Positions 8,104 to 17,434 are shown, counted from the stretch's first letter. The stretch: 64,000 nt of DNA from a virus (IMGVR_UViG_3300030330_006019:1-64000), one strand, 5' to 3'. Translations and numbers: made by a program. The notes: generated by a model from the sequence alone, not told the origin.

Positions 8104-8319
8104 TTATTCAGGCTTTGCATATACTTCCTCAATTCTACTTGCTCTTATTCCTCTAACTTCATAATCAAGTACAGTGCCTTCTTCTGTTAAAGCTCTTGTT
8201 AAAGTTGTCTCAGCATCAGTGATACTTACAGCTTCTACTAAAAATTCTTTGGTAAATTGTTTTGCACCTTTACGACTATCATCCGTAAACCTTACGTTTG
8301 CTACATAATACATTTTCAT
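8104..8319 (-). CDS. DUF4494-like protein (Bacteroidota family)
   Basis: EFLVEAVSITDAE...YEVRGIRASRIEEVY resembles DUF4494 YLVDAxSFTEAE...V..I....E; AAGGAG SD. Confidence 0.65.
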   Translation of the reverse strand: MKMYYVANVRFTDDSRKGAKQFTKEFLVEAVSITDAETTLTRALTEEGTVLDYEVRGIRASRIEEVYAKPE

Positions 8320-8321
8320 AA

Positions 8322-8849
8322 CTATTTCTCCTTATTTAATTTTATATAAAGTTTATTATTTCTAATATACATAACTCCTACAGGTACTTCTTTTAATTCT
8401 CTACCTTGTAAATCATATATTTTTTTATTACCTATGGCTTTAATTTCCAATTCTTCTATATTTGTTGGCACCATATTAATCAATACCCATGAAAAACTAT
8501 TCTGGTCAAATACTAACCAATCTTCTATATTACAGTATTCTACTGAACCATTTTCATAAATAGACACAGAATAAGATACTTTTATTGTGTCATGTACTGT
8601 AATCTGAGAAAAATAATAATACATACCTTGTCCTGAATAACACATACCATTTGGATAAGTACATACTCCCCAAATCACATCTATAGAATCTGGATTGTGT
8701 ACTATATTTGTTGTATCAAGTCCTATGTTAAATCCTTGACTTTGGTCTATCCAATATGTTATTGAGTCACAGCAAAAATATGGAACTGCCTGTTGTGCTT
8801 GTGTTTGTAGTCCAAGCGAGACTAGTACTGCTAATAAAACCTTTTTCAT
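8322..8849 (-). CDS. Secreted protein with short T9SS-type C-terminal sorting domain
   Basis: Sec signal MKKVLLAVLVSLGLQTQA; C-terminus T.IEE...KIYDLQGRE...G.MYI.NNKLYIK. Confidence 0.7.
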   Translation of the reverse strand: MKKVLLAVLVSLGLQTQAQQAVPYFCCDSITYWIDQSQGFNIGLDTTNIVHNPDSIDVIWGVCTYPNGMCYSGQGMYYYFSQITVHDTIKVSYSVSIYENGSVEYCNIEDWLVFDQNSFSWVLINMVPTNIEELEIKAIGNKKIYDLQGRELKEVPVGVMYIRNNKLYIKLNKEK

Positions 8850-8864
8850 TTCTTTTCTTCTTTT

Positions 8865-9236
8865 TTAATTATTTGAATGTTGATTTGCTTCATCATATAC
8901 TTCACCAGTATTTGATACATTATTATCAGTATACTCCCAGCTTTCTTTTCTTGGCATGTTTGATGTGTTACCTACAACATTTTTAACATCTATTCTTGAC
9001 TTCTTAATGTTTCTCTGTTCAATTCTATCCCAATGTTTTATAATTGTAATATTTTTCCATGCATTAAAAACATTATCACATAATGCAACATCTGGGTAAT
9101 GTCTTAATATACATCTTCCAAATCCATCCTCTACAGTAAACTTTCCATTTGGTCTAACTTTTGTTTCTGCATGAGGGAACATTCTTAGCACTGTTCTTTT
9201 GTATTTCTTAAACTGTTCGTATCGTCTTTCGTTCAT
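8865..9236 (-). CDS. Hypothetical protein
   Basis: ORF behind a promoter-like aatataac at ~9261. Confidence 0.7.
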   Translation of the reverse strand: MNERRYEQFKKYKRTVLRMFPHAETKVRPNGKFTVEDGFGRCILRHYPDVALCDNVFNAWKNITIIKHWDRIEQRNIKKSRIDVKNVVGNTSNMPRKESWEYTDNNVSNTGEVYDEANQHSNN

Positions 9237-9290
9237 AACTTTTATTCTAAATTTTTAATTAATATAACCATTTCAATTGATATAAAAAAA

Positions 9291-9719
9291 TTATTCTGCT
9301 ATTTTTTTAACATTAACACCACATTTTTTTAGGAAATCTAAGCCATCACCGTACCTGTACTTTTCTTTATATATTACTGTTTTTATTCCTGCTTGATGAA
9401 TTAGCTTTGCACAATCTTGACATGGACTTAATGTGATGTATAATGTTGCTCCTTCGCAACTTGTACCATGTTTTGCACACTTAAGTATTGCATTGGCTTC
9501 TGCATGTAATACTTCAGGTTTAGTATTTCCATTTGAATCTTCACAAGAGTTATCAAATCCAGATGGAGTTCCATTATATCCATCTGAAATAATCATTCCA
9601 TCTTTAACCATTATGGCTCCAACTTGCATTCTCTTTGCATGAGAAAGTTTAGACCATTCATTTGCTAGTTTAAGATATGTCTTGTGGTACTTTAGATTTT
9701 TCTGATTTTGGTTTGTCAT
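9291..9719 (-). CDS. dCMP deaminase
   Basis: GYNGTPSG, HAEANAI and PCQDC zinc motifs. Confidence 0.93.
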   Translation of the reverse strand: MTNQNQKNLKYHKTYLKLANEWSKLSHAKRMQVGAIMVKDGMIISDGYNGTPSGFDNSCEDSNGNTKPEVLHAEANAILKCAKHGTSCEGATLYITLSPCQDCAKLIHQAGIKTVIYKEKYRYGDGLDFLKKCGVNVKKIAE

Positions 9720-9975
9720 TTTGTAACAATTTAACTAGTTCAGCACACTTTTCATATTCTTCTATGTCAGGTTGTGAATAGTATTTTATCATTTTTTTAA
9801 TTATTAACCTTGGATTGTTGCTTCCTAAATCTCTTAACCCTCCAACTCCTTCTGCCATTACTATCTCAAATCCTCTCTTCATTGCCTCACCTCTTAATTC
9901 ATATAAGATGTCTTGTAAATCCACTTCGTCGTATTTGTCGTTGTCTGAGTTAAAGCTAAACATGTTATTCTCCAT
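9670..9975 (-). CDS. Hypothetical protein
   Basis: C-terminal EEYEKCAEL (UVR-like) motif. Confidence 0.65.
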   Translation of the reverse strand: MENNMFSFNSDNDKYDEVDLQDILYELRGEAMKRGFEIVMAEGVGGLRDLGSNNPRLIIKKMIKYYSQPDIEEYEKCAELVKLLQNDKPKSEKSKVPQDIS

Positions 9976-10012
9976 TTATTATAAATATTAAGTTATACAT
10001 TCAATTTGTGAT

Positions 10013-10318
10013 TTATGCTGATTCTTTTATGCCTCTTATGTGCCTACATTCTTTTCTTCTAAATCTATAACCAGGACAGTCACATTCATAATTATCTCCA
10101 ACTTTTTTCACAGTGTAAAATATTCCAGTAGTTGATGAACTTTCAACTGTCCATTTATCACTTGGAGAATCTTTACTTTCTATTCTTTCCCAAACAATGT
10201 AATCATTCCAGTTATGTATACCGCATGAATGTGGTACTTCTGTAAAACCTGGCATTAAATAATTTTTACCATTTAATTCCATAAATGTTGGTGGAGCAAT
10301 TCCTTTATATTTTATCAT
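10013..10318 (-). CDS. SWIM zinc-finger protein
   Basis: Y.V.....YECDCPGYRFRRKECRHI = CxCx(n)CxH. Confidence 0.8.
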   Translation of the reverse strand: MIKYKGIAPPTFMELNGKNYLMPGFTEVPHSCGIHNWNDYIVWERIESKDSPSDKWTVESSSTTGIFYTVKKVGDNYECDCPGYRFRRKECRHIRGIKESA

Positions 10319-10823
10319 GTTTCTTTCTTTTATATAGATTAATATTTGCTTTTATATTGTTTTGAAAATGTAAAAATGCCGATTGAAATGAATCAAGTGG
10401 AGTTTGGTGGCCGTGTGGACCTTTCCAAACATTGTTCATATTGAAATCATGTTTATCAATCATATTCAATAACTTAATTGTTTGATTAGGATTTATTACA
10501 TCATCACTTGTACCTAATGCCAAAAATACTTTACTGTCCCATAGTGGTACATCAATTAATGTAGGTGCAAGTATTGCAGGATTGTACAATAATACTGGAA
10601 CTTTCAATACCTTTCCAATATTCCATGCAAACCAACCGCCCATACTTGAACCAATAATTAAATCTGGCTTATACATTTCGCAAAGGTGGAGTGTATCTCT
10701 AAACTCATTTACATCACTATAGTCCATTTTTGGAAATATAACTTTATGACCAAGACTCATTAACCAATCTACTTTTGGTCCACCAACTTTACTTTCTAAT
10801 CCATGTAGGTATACTATCTTCAT
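10305..10823 (-). CDS. Alpha/beta hydrolase (YqiA/YcfP-like esterase)
   Basis: YLHGLES, GSSMGG nucleophile elbow, NPA, DDVI, C-terminal His; start moved to MKIVYLHG. Confidence 0.85.
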   Translation of the reverse strand: MKIVYLHGLESKVGGPKVDWLMSLGHKVIFPKMDYSDVNEFRDTLHLCEMYKPDLIIGSSMGGWFAWNIGKVLKVPVLLYNPAILAPTLIDVPLWDSKVFLALGTSDDVINPNQTIKLLNMIDKHDFNMNNVWKGPHGHQTPLDSFQSAFLHFQNNIKANINLYKRKKHDKI

Positions 10824-10824
10824 A

Positions 10825-12111
10825 TTAGACATTTCTTCCATTTTCAAATATATGTTTAATTACTGGAAATCTCAACGAGTATTCTCCATATTGATTTTTA
10901 CTTTCTTCAAAATATTGTACGGTAATTGTCTTACCTAAAATTTTACTGTGATCCTTTCCAAATTCTTTTCTTTGGTCAAAATTAAATCCTGAACCAACAC
11001 CAACTTGAGTTCCCTTATGATTTATTGTAATCATACTCAAACAATTTATTGTCTTTTCTTTTCCATCTTCAATAACTCTAATGTCGCCGTTTGTTGCGCC
11101 TACAACTTTGTATTCTGCATCATGGAATTTTTTACATTTCAAAAGATTCTTGCTTCTCTTACCTTCATAACCAACATTCTTTCTTAACATGACTCCTTCA
11201 TATCCAGCTTTATCTGCTTCTGCAATCATATCATTTAGGTGTTCTACATCTTTAACATATACTTGTTTGAGTACACTTAATGTATCATAATATCCATCAT
11301 GATAAATTTCACCTTTTAATTCTTTTATTCTTTCAGATAGTTTTATATCACTTTCCTTAGTATCAAATTCTTTTAATGACAAGTAATCAAATATAATATA
11401 TTTTGGATTTTCAATAGTATGATTTTTCTTTTTGATTTGTTTCATGATTCCTTGAAAATCTTCATTGCCATTTTCATCCATCAAACATATCTCTCCGTCT
11501 AAAACAAAATCTCCTGACATTAATGATACATCATCTAATACTTTTTGTAAAGTAGTGAATTCATTACCAGCTCTTGAGAAAGCTTTAACAGTATCACCTT
11601 CTTTTCTAACAATACATCTTACACCATCTAATTTTCTAGATGCCAACCACCTTTCATTATCAAAATCACAAAATCTTGATTCATATTTAGTTGCCAATGC
11701 AACATCAAATGTTGGTATAAGTCCTGGAACTATTTTATTGAATACACTAGCATTTGCACGAATTTCAATATTTCTATCAATGATACCAAAAATTACATCT
11801 CTATAACCTGGACTTTGATATACAAATCCATTTACCATTGCAATTGCATCATGGCCTGTATAAGTTCTATTATCTAAATCATCTAACAATTCAAATAAAT
11901 CTACATATCCACAATGCTTATCAATGATATTAGATGCTCTTAACTTTTTACAGTTTTTACTTGTAACATTGTATTTCTTGTAAGGGTCATAAGTATATCT
12001 TACAGCCTTCATAACAAATTCATTGTCTTTGTACTTTTCAATAATCTTCTTCTTTTCATTAAGTGAAGAAGTATTTTTCATTTCATCTATAAACTTTTTT
12101 AATTCTTTCAT
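10825..12111 (-). CDS. ATP-dependent DNA ligase
   Basis: KLDGVR adenylation motif, LDGEI, FD, EGVMLR, LLKCK, VGSGF, SLRFP. Confidence 0.96.
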   Translation of the reverse strand: MKELKKFIDEMKNTSSLNEKKKIIEKYKDNEFVMKAVRYTYDPYKKYNVTSKNCKKLRASNIIDKHCGYVDLFELLDDLDNRTYTGHDAIAMVNGFVYQSPGYRDVIFGIIDRNIEIRANASVFNKIVPGLIPTFDVALATKYESRFCDFDNERWLASRKLDGVRCIVRKEGDTVKAFSRAGNEFTTLQKVLDDVSLMSGDFVLDGEICLMDENGNEDFQGIMKQIKKKNHTIENPKYIIFDYLSLKEFDTKESDIKLSERIKELKGEIYHDGYYDTLSVLKQVYVKDVEHLNDMIAEADKAGYEGVMLRKNVGYEGKRSKNLLKCKKFHDAEYKVVGATNGDIRVIEDGKEKTINCLSMITINHKGTQVGVGSGFNFDQRKEFGKDHSKILGKTITVQYFEESKNQYGEYSLRFPVIKHIFENGRNV

Positions 12112-12140
12112 ATTAATTTAATTTAACCATTATTATAATA

Positions 12141-12206
12141 CAAATATAACTAGAATATTTGGAATTTGAACTATAATTTTCAATTATTTTTGAAAAGTTA
12201 TTAACA
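12141..12206 (-). promoter_or_regulatory. Class-1 promoter (exact TAnnTTTG) with TGTTAATAACTT box
   Basis: caaatataac 12141-12150 reads GTTATATTTG on the minus strand; aagttattaaca 12195-12206. Confidence 0.72.
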
Positions 12207-12656
12207 AATTACCTTTAACAACTTAGTCATATTATCAATTGACTTAACCATGAAATCCCAATCGTAACCAATGCTAGGGTCAAACTTCATGAATTCTCCT
12301 TCAAACTTAGTTTGTCCTCTGTATGTTGAATCATCAATAAGAATGTCTCCTTTAAGCAGGTTTTTGTGGTGAGTTAAAAATACTTTTCTTTTTAGTTCTG
12401 GAAAGTTTTTTCCTACCCATTCTCTCTTTTGAGTCCAAGCATTTGGATTGTCCCAGGGAGCTGTGCTTGCAATATAAACATCATGTCCCATATCTAGGAT
12501 TTGTTTTACCGCATCTTTTGCCCCAGGAATTATATCAAATTTTGAAAAATCCAATGTTAAATCTGGTCTGAAACCTTTTGTTCCATAATCTGGGTGTTGT
12601 GATGCAGCTTTTTGAAAGTCAGCAAGTACACCGTCTAAGTCAATGTATATTATCAT
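12201..12656 (-). CDS. 5'(3')-deoxyribonucleotidase (NT5C-type HAD)
   Basis: DLDGVLADF, K.EW, K.LL.GDILIDD. Confidence 0.9.
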   Translation of the reverse strand: MIIYIDLDGVLADFQKAASQHPDYGTKGFRPDLTLDFSKFDIIPGAKDAVKQILDMGHDVYIASTAPWDNPNAWTQKREWVGKNFPELKRKVFLTHHKNLLKGDILIDDSTYRGQTKFEGEFMKFDPSIGYDWDFMVKSIDNMTKLLKVIC

Positions 12657-12684
12657 AGTTCTAGTATTATCAATTATTTATATA

Positions 12685-12762
12685 TAAATATAACTAGAAT
12701 ATTTGGGAAAAAAAAATTTTTGGGAGACTTTTTTCTAAAAAAAGCTAAAAAAGTTATTAACA
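12685..12762 (-). promoter_or_regulatory. Class-1 promoter with TGTTAATAACTT box
   Basis: taaatataactagaatatttgggaa from 12685; aagttattaaca 12751-12762. Confidence 0.7.
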
Positions 12763-12896
12763 ATTACAGTGCTAATAGAAATACAACAATCATTATTGTT
12801 ATATAAATTGCAGGTGTTATGTCAAGTTTTTGTGTTTCCATACTAATAAATATGGAAAATATGTTACAACTATATTAATCTAATGTTAATCTATTG

Positions 12897-13115
12897 TTAA
12901 ATATTCTGTAGCTTTTCAGAATCTAACATGTCACCCTGAACTGTTGCATCACCTCTCATATCTTCCAATTCACAAAACTCGTCCGGTGTTATTGTAACCA
13001 TTACATAATCGCTTTTACCTTCAGTGTATTGTGGAGGTTGATTTATACAATATGTTTTAGGGTCAAGCTTTCCCATAGCTGCATCATCCCTGTGTATGTA
13101 AATATTTACTTTCAT
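12897..13115 (-). CDS. Hypothetical protein
   Basis: Co-oriented small ORF. Confidence 0.6.
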   Translation of the reverse strand: MKVNIYIHRDDAAMGKLDPKTYCINQPPQYTEGKSDYVMVTITPDEFCELEDMRGDATVQGDMLDSEKLQNI

Positions 13116-13265
13116 TTATTATTCCTTAATGTTTCTATAGTTGTTAATATTGAAGACAATACTATTGCAACTGAACCAAGAACCCATAAAAATACTGTCA
13201 TTCCTATTGCAACTGGTATTGTTATAAATGCTGCTATAAAAAACAGTGTATTTGCCCAAATCTTT

Positions 13266-13589
13266 TTAATCATAAAATTTTACACCATCATTTCCAATCC
13301 ACTGAACATTTTCATCGGATTCTTTATATCTTATACTATCACAAGTTCCATCTTCATATTCAATTATTCCTATTCCGTTTGGTATAATTGACTGTAAAGT
13401 ATCCAATAAGTTTTCTTCATCACCTGATAAAAAATCATCAAATGTTGGTTCTGGTGAATTATTACAAGAATTAAATATTGAAGCAATTACTATTAAGATA
13501 ACTATTCCAAGTATACTAAAAGAACATGCTGCCATCGCAAATTTTTCTGTTCTCTTTTTTCTATCACTATCATAATAAGGATGTTTCAT
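13266..13589 (-). CDS. Membrane-anchored protein
   Basis: Single TM FSILGIVILIVIASIF then acidic domain; GGAG SD. Confidence 0.7.
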   Translation of the reverse strand: MKHPYYDSDRKKRTEKFAMAACSFSILGIVILIVIASIFNSCNNSPEPTFDDFLSGDEENLLDTLQSIIPNGIGIIEYEDGTCDSIRYKESDENVQWIGNDGVKFYD

Positions 13590-13591
13590 AA

Positions 13592-14215
13592 CTAATCTCC
13601 AAATGCTTGACTATTTTGTGGCAAATCATCAATGTCATTAATATGTTCATCAAATGGCCTGTTCCTATTATGTTGGTCAAGTAGCCATTCTGCTTCTCTA
13701 TCAACTTCTTTTGATGTCTCATTATCAGTATCAACATCATCATCTTTAATTATTGAAGGATTTTGTTTTACAGTCTGTCTTGTAATTAAATCCTTTAGTT
13801 TTGTTGTTGACCAACCATGAGCTCTACTTGTGTAAATAATTTTTGGAGGTAAGTCATCTCCTGTACAAGGTTTACCAATATAATCTTCACCAAGTATTCT
13901 TACATCTGGTTTGAAGAATTTAATAAGTTCATAAAGTTCTTCTTCAGTTTGATAAATGTATACCTCATCAATATATTGTATAGCCATAAGTGCACGGTAT
14001 CTTTCATAAAGAGGTATGACTGGCTTATACTTATTAAACCTGGTTTCAGACGGGTCTCTCTGTAAAAATACAATGAAGTGGTCACAATGTTTTCTTGCAT
14101 CTTCAAATGTATAAATGTAACCTGGATGAAGTAGGTCAAAATTTCCTGCTGTGAATCCAACAACCTTGTTTGGATTTAATTTATTTCTATCTATTTTATT
14201 CATAACTAATCTCAT
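13592..14215 (-). CDS. Cytidylyltransferase-like (TagD/RfaE-II family)
   Basis: GNFDLLHPGY (HxGH variant), ER, VRILGEDY, R.HGWSTT. Confidence 0.85.
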   Translation of the reverse strand: MRLVMNKIDRNKLNPNKVVGFTAGNFDLLHPGYIYTFEDARKHCDHFIVFLQRDPSETRFNKYKPVIPLYERYRALMAIQYIDEVYIYQTEEELYELIKFFKPDVRILGEDYIGKPCTGDDLPPKIIYTSRAHGWSTTKLKDLITRQTVKQNPSIIKDDDVDTDNETSKEVDREAEWLLDQHNRNRPFDEHINDIDDLPQNSQAFGD

Positions 14216-14730
14216 TAAATTCCATGTAATTTATTTGATTTTTTCTGATTAAGTCCACCAATTATTTGAAAGTGACAATTATAACATAATTCGTATAGAT
14301 TATCTACCTTCAAGTTATTTACATTTTCATCACTAAATTCTAGAAGCAGTGGACTTCTTCCATCTGTGATTCGAGTTTCGCAATAACCACAATTTTGACA
14401 AGCACCTTCCAAATATCCAGCCTTTACTAATCTTTCTCTAAGTTTCCATCTTGGATATGTTGGATGTTTACCTTCAAGTATTTCTTCTAATGGAATCTTT
14501 CCTAAGTCTCTTACCTTTGGAATACCTCTTCCATACCAATTGCGATGTTTATCAAAAAGAGTTGTACCACTTTCATCCGTATATAGTTTTGCATATTTTT
14601 TATATGTATTATATGATACACCTAAAAATCTTGCAGCACCTTTGTTTGATTTACTGTTCTTCATTGCAACTTCAAGTTCTGCCTGAAGAAGTGGTCTTTT
14701 ACTATGTCTCTTTCTAATTATATCTGACAT
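14215..14730 (-). CDS. HTH plus degenerate HNH endonuclease-fold protein
   Basis: AARFLGVSYNTYKKY HTH; CQNC...LLLEFSDENVNNLKVDNLYELCYNCH. Confidence 0.75.
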   Translation of the reverse strand: MSDIIRKRHSKRPLLQAELEVAMKNSKSNKGAARFLGVSYNTYKKYAKLYTDESGTTLFDKHRNWYGRGIPKVRDLGKIPLEEILEGKHPTYPRWKLRERLVKAGYLEGACQNCGYCETRITDGRSPLLLEFSDENVNNLKVDNLYELCYNCHFQIIGGLNQKKSNKLHGI

Positions 14731-14948
14731 TACTTTGCCTGTTTAATTGCAACCTTTGATATTAGTTTTGACATTTTATTCCAGTCATCCTTCTTTCCTA
14801 TCAAATCTCTAACATCTGATGCAAGTCCAGTTTCTGTAATTAATGCGTCAACTCCTTTAGTATACCAATCATAAACTTTTTGCATTCCATCTCTGGTATA
14901 CATTTCTATGACTTGGTCATTGTCTATATATCTTTTATGAAATCCCAT
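14730..14948 (-). CDS. Hypothetical protein
   Basis: TAATG coupling to the downstream gene; GGAG SD. Confidence 0.65.
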   Translation of the reverse strand: MGFHKRYIDNDQVIEMYTRDGMQKVYDWYTKGVDALITETGLASDVRDLIGKKDDWNKMSKLISKVAIKQAK

Positions 14949-15014
14949 TACTTGTTCTCCACTAAATGATATACTATTTCTACGTCACCAAAAGTTGTTG
15001 ATGTTGTCCAATAT

Positions 15015-15206
15015 TTATTCATAATCATTTCCTAATGTTAGCATGTTTCTTTTTCTTCCACAAAAATTATAAAGCTCTTTCCATAATTTTGTCTTTCCAA
15101 ATAAATTTCTGTAATTATGTACATAGTTGTATGCTCCCATAATATGAGATGTTGTTTTACAACTACTAATTACTTTTAGTCCTTTGTTGAATGCTTTTAT
15201 TTCCAT
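15015..15206 (-). CDS. Hypothetical protein
   Basis: ORF behind taaatataac promoter-like motif at ~15223. Confidence 0.6.
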   Translation of the reverse strand: MEIKAFNKGLKVISSCKTTSHIMGAYNYVHNYRNLFGKTKLWKELYNFCGRKRNMLTLGNDYE

Positions 15207-15250
15207 GTTAATTTCTTTTTAATAAATATAACAAAAATTATTGACAAATA

Positions 15251-15286
15251 AAAATAAAAAGGCTCCAAATTTCTTCAGAGCCTTTT
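15251..15286 (-). terminator. Intrinsic terminator
   Basis: aaaaggctc...gagcctttt stem with a U-rich tail on the minus strand, after the 15310-15534 gene. Confidence 0.75.
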
Positions 15287-15309
15287 AACTAGATTATTAT
15301 CAAATAAAA

Positions 15310-15534
15310 CTATTTCTTAGTAAAGAATGATACGATAATCACCAATACAATTAAACCTACAAATCCACCATTACCTAGTGCATCAATCATTGCAGTTAAA
15401 TTGCCGATTACATCCATTCCAAATACATTTCCGCCTGTTAATACTTGCCAGACGATAGTTACTGGTAAAACTGCCATCATAATTGATAATAGTCCACCAA
15501 AGAAACCTGTTACGTATTTTATTACTGAATCCAT
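15310..15534 (-). CDS. Small inner-membrane protein (2 TM)
   Basis: Almost entirely hydrophobic; AGGAG SD. Confidence 0.8.
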   Translation of the reverse strand: MDSVIKYVTGFFGGLLSIMMAVLPVTIVWQVLTGGNVFGMDVIGNLTAMIDALGNGGFVGLIVLVIIVSFFTKK

Positions 15535-15599
15535 TGTTTTCTCCTACTTTTGTTAATATTAATAAAAATCGCTTAGAATTAGAGGGTCTAATTAATTAA

Positions 15600-16013
15600 T
15601 TAAAATTTAAGACCAAATCCAATCTGTAGATTTGTAGTCTTATCTCCTGAATTATATACCACTTTCGGGTCTACGTAAACATTATTTCTTAATGTAAACA
15701 TTTTACCAGCACCTAATAACATTCCATCAGTGCTGAGTCCATCTGTTGCTAAATATCCGAAATATCCATTCCAGAAATATCTTGCATGGAAATCCATATC
15801 TAAATCAGCATCTTCATTTGCTTGTGATACAGATGCGCCAACCATAAGGTTGTCATTTACTGCATATCCAATTGTTGGGTTAATTGCTAAATCAGTCCAA
15901 GCAACGCCAGAAACGTCACCAGTTCCAATATACCAATCACCACCATTGTTTTGAGCTTGTGATGTGAAAACAAATCCACATACTAAAGCTAATGTTAAAA
16001 TTAAATTCTTCAT
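15600..16013 (-). CDS. Small outer-membrane beta-barrel protein
   Basis: Signal peptide ending SQA, amphipathic strands (PTIGYAV, FHARYFW, VYVDPKVVY), C-terminal LQIGFGLKF. Confidence 0.8.
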   Translation of the reverse strand: MKNLILTLALVCGFVFTSQAQNNGGDWYIGTGDVSGVAWTDLAINPTIGYAVNDNLMVGASVSQANEDADLDMDFHARYFWNGYFGYLATDGLSTDGMLLGAGKMFTLRNNVYVDPKVVYNSGDKTTNLQIGFGLKF

Positions 16014-16150
16014 GTTTTTCCTCTTTTATTACTTCCTCTATTCTAAACTGTACAATACTCCATAATCTCTATAGAGTTATCTTTTAAGTTATATAATATA
16101 ACTATAATTTTTGAATTAAAAAAATTTTATACCATAAATATGTTGATTAT

Positions 16151-16396
16151 TTAGATAGTAACATTATCTACAATCTCTGTAGAATTTTCTGTCCTAATAC
16201 TAAAACCTTCATTGTGTTGTACAACATTGACATTGTGTCTTTCTAATAAACTATTTGACTTATTATTTCTTTCTTCTGTTGTTTCTGCAATATAACTTTC
16301 GAGCGGTCTGCCAGTGTAATCTACTAAATTAACCAAGTAGACAATATCACTATCATCCGCTACACTTCTTTTGAATCTATGAGTTATTACTTTCAT
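16151..16396 (-). CDS. Hypothetical protein
   Basis: ORF behind an ATATTTAT motif. Confidence 0.6.
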   Translation of the reverse strand: MKVITHRFKRSVADDSDIVYLVNLVDYTGRPLESYIAETTEERNNKSNSLLERHNVNVVQHNEGFSIRTENSTEIVDNVTI

Positions 16397-16503
16397 ATAC
16401 TAATAAATATAAAATTCAACTAATATAAAGTAAAATATGGAGATTTATTTAAGCTAGGCTAATAGCATTTATACTCTTTATTAAGCCATTTCTTAATTTT
16501 TCT

Positions 16504-16872
16504 TTAGCAAGATACGAAACATTGCTCTCCAGGAGGCCTTAAGTCTTCTACTTGCCTTTCAACATACACACATGTATCACCCTCTACAAACCCCTTTTCT
16601 AATAAAAGTGGCAAACTTTTTGGTAATGCCCATGCATATACTTTATAACCTTTATAGTTTTCTTGAACAAATGTCCACCTAGTATTCCATAATTTTCTGA
16701 ATATACCTTTGCGTCTATGTTCTTCATGTACCCAAGCATCTAAAAATTTTATTTTCATTTCTAATTCAACGGACATGAATATATGTCCTAAGGTGTGATC
16801 ATTTTGTACTGCAATCCAACCAATAAGTCCTTGTGCATGAGTATCTAGTTTTATGATTTTTATATCTGACAT
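16504..16872 (-). CDS. GNAT-family acetyltransferase
   Basis: WVHEEHRRKGIF (motif A, R/Q-x-x-G) and LLEKGF. Confidence 0.75.
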   Translation of the reverse strand: MSDIKIIKLDTHAQGLIGWIAVQNDHTLGHIFMSVELEMKIKFLDAWVHEEHRRKGIFRKLWNTRWTFVQENYKGYKVYAWALPKSLPLLLEKGFVEGDTCVYVERQVEDLRPPGEQCFVSC

Positions 16873-16875
16873 TTA

Positions 16876-17397
16876 TCATACAAGTTTGGTTATTAGTTTG
16901 ATTCGAGGATATTTCTTTTTTAGTGCATCAACTGCTCTAATATTTTTTGGACTATCATCCATAAAGTATATCGGGTTATACTTTCCTTTTCGTATTTGCT
17001 TTTCTATATAATCTGCTTTTTTCTGTGGATTTGCATCACCAAGTGGTACAATATATGGTTGAATACCTAGAGTTTTGAAAAAAGAATTTATTGGTGCACC
17101 AAGTCTTCTAGCAGTTAAAATAGTCACTTTCCTGCCACCTTTGCTTAATTGCTTACGTAACAAATCAACATTTTTCTTTATGATTTTAGGGTTTTTTAGT
17201 TTTTTATCAAAATCCTTAAAATTAAATGTTTCACCAACCTTTGGTACATATGTTGCAAATTCAGCTGGGTCTAACTTTTTTACCTCTCTTCCACCTTTCA
17301 TAACATATATCCAACTATCAGTTTTTGCCAATGTATCGTCAAAGTCAAATATACTGAGTGTTGTTGCTTCTCTTAATATGTTAGTCAATTTAATCAT
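16876..17397 (-). CDS. HAD-family phosphatase with N-terminal MIKLxxILxE leader
   Basis: FDFDDTL, ILTAR, K, FMDDS motifs. Confidence 0.85.
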   Translation of the reverse strand: MIKLTNILREATTLSIFDFDDTLAKTDSWIYVMKGGREVKKLDPAEFATYVPKVGETFNFKDFDKKLKNPKIIKKNVDLLRKQLSKGGRKVTILTARRLGAPINSFFKTLGIQPYIVPLGDANPQKKADYIEKQIRKGKYNPIYFMDDSPKNIRAVDALKKKYPRIKLITKLV

Positions 17398-17434
17398 AAT
17401 TGTGTATCAGGATACCAGTTATCCCATTCATCAT

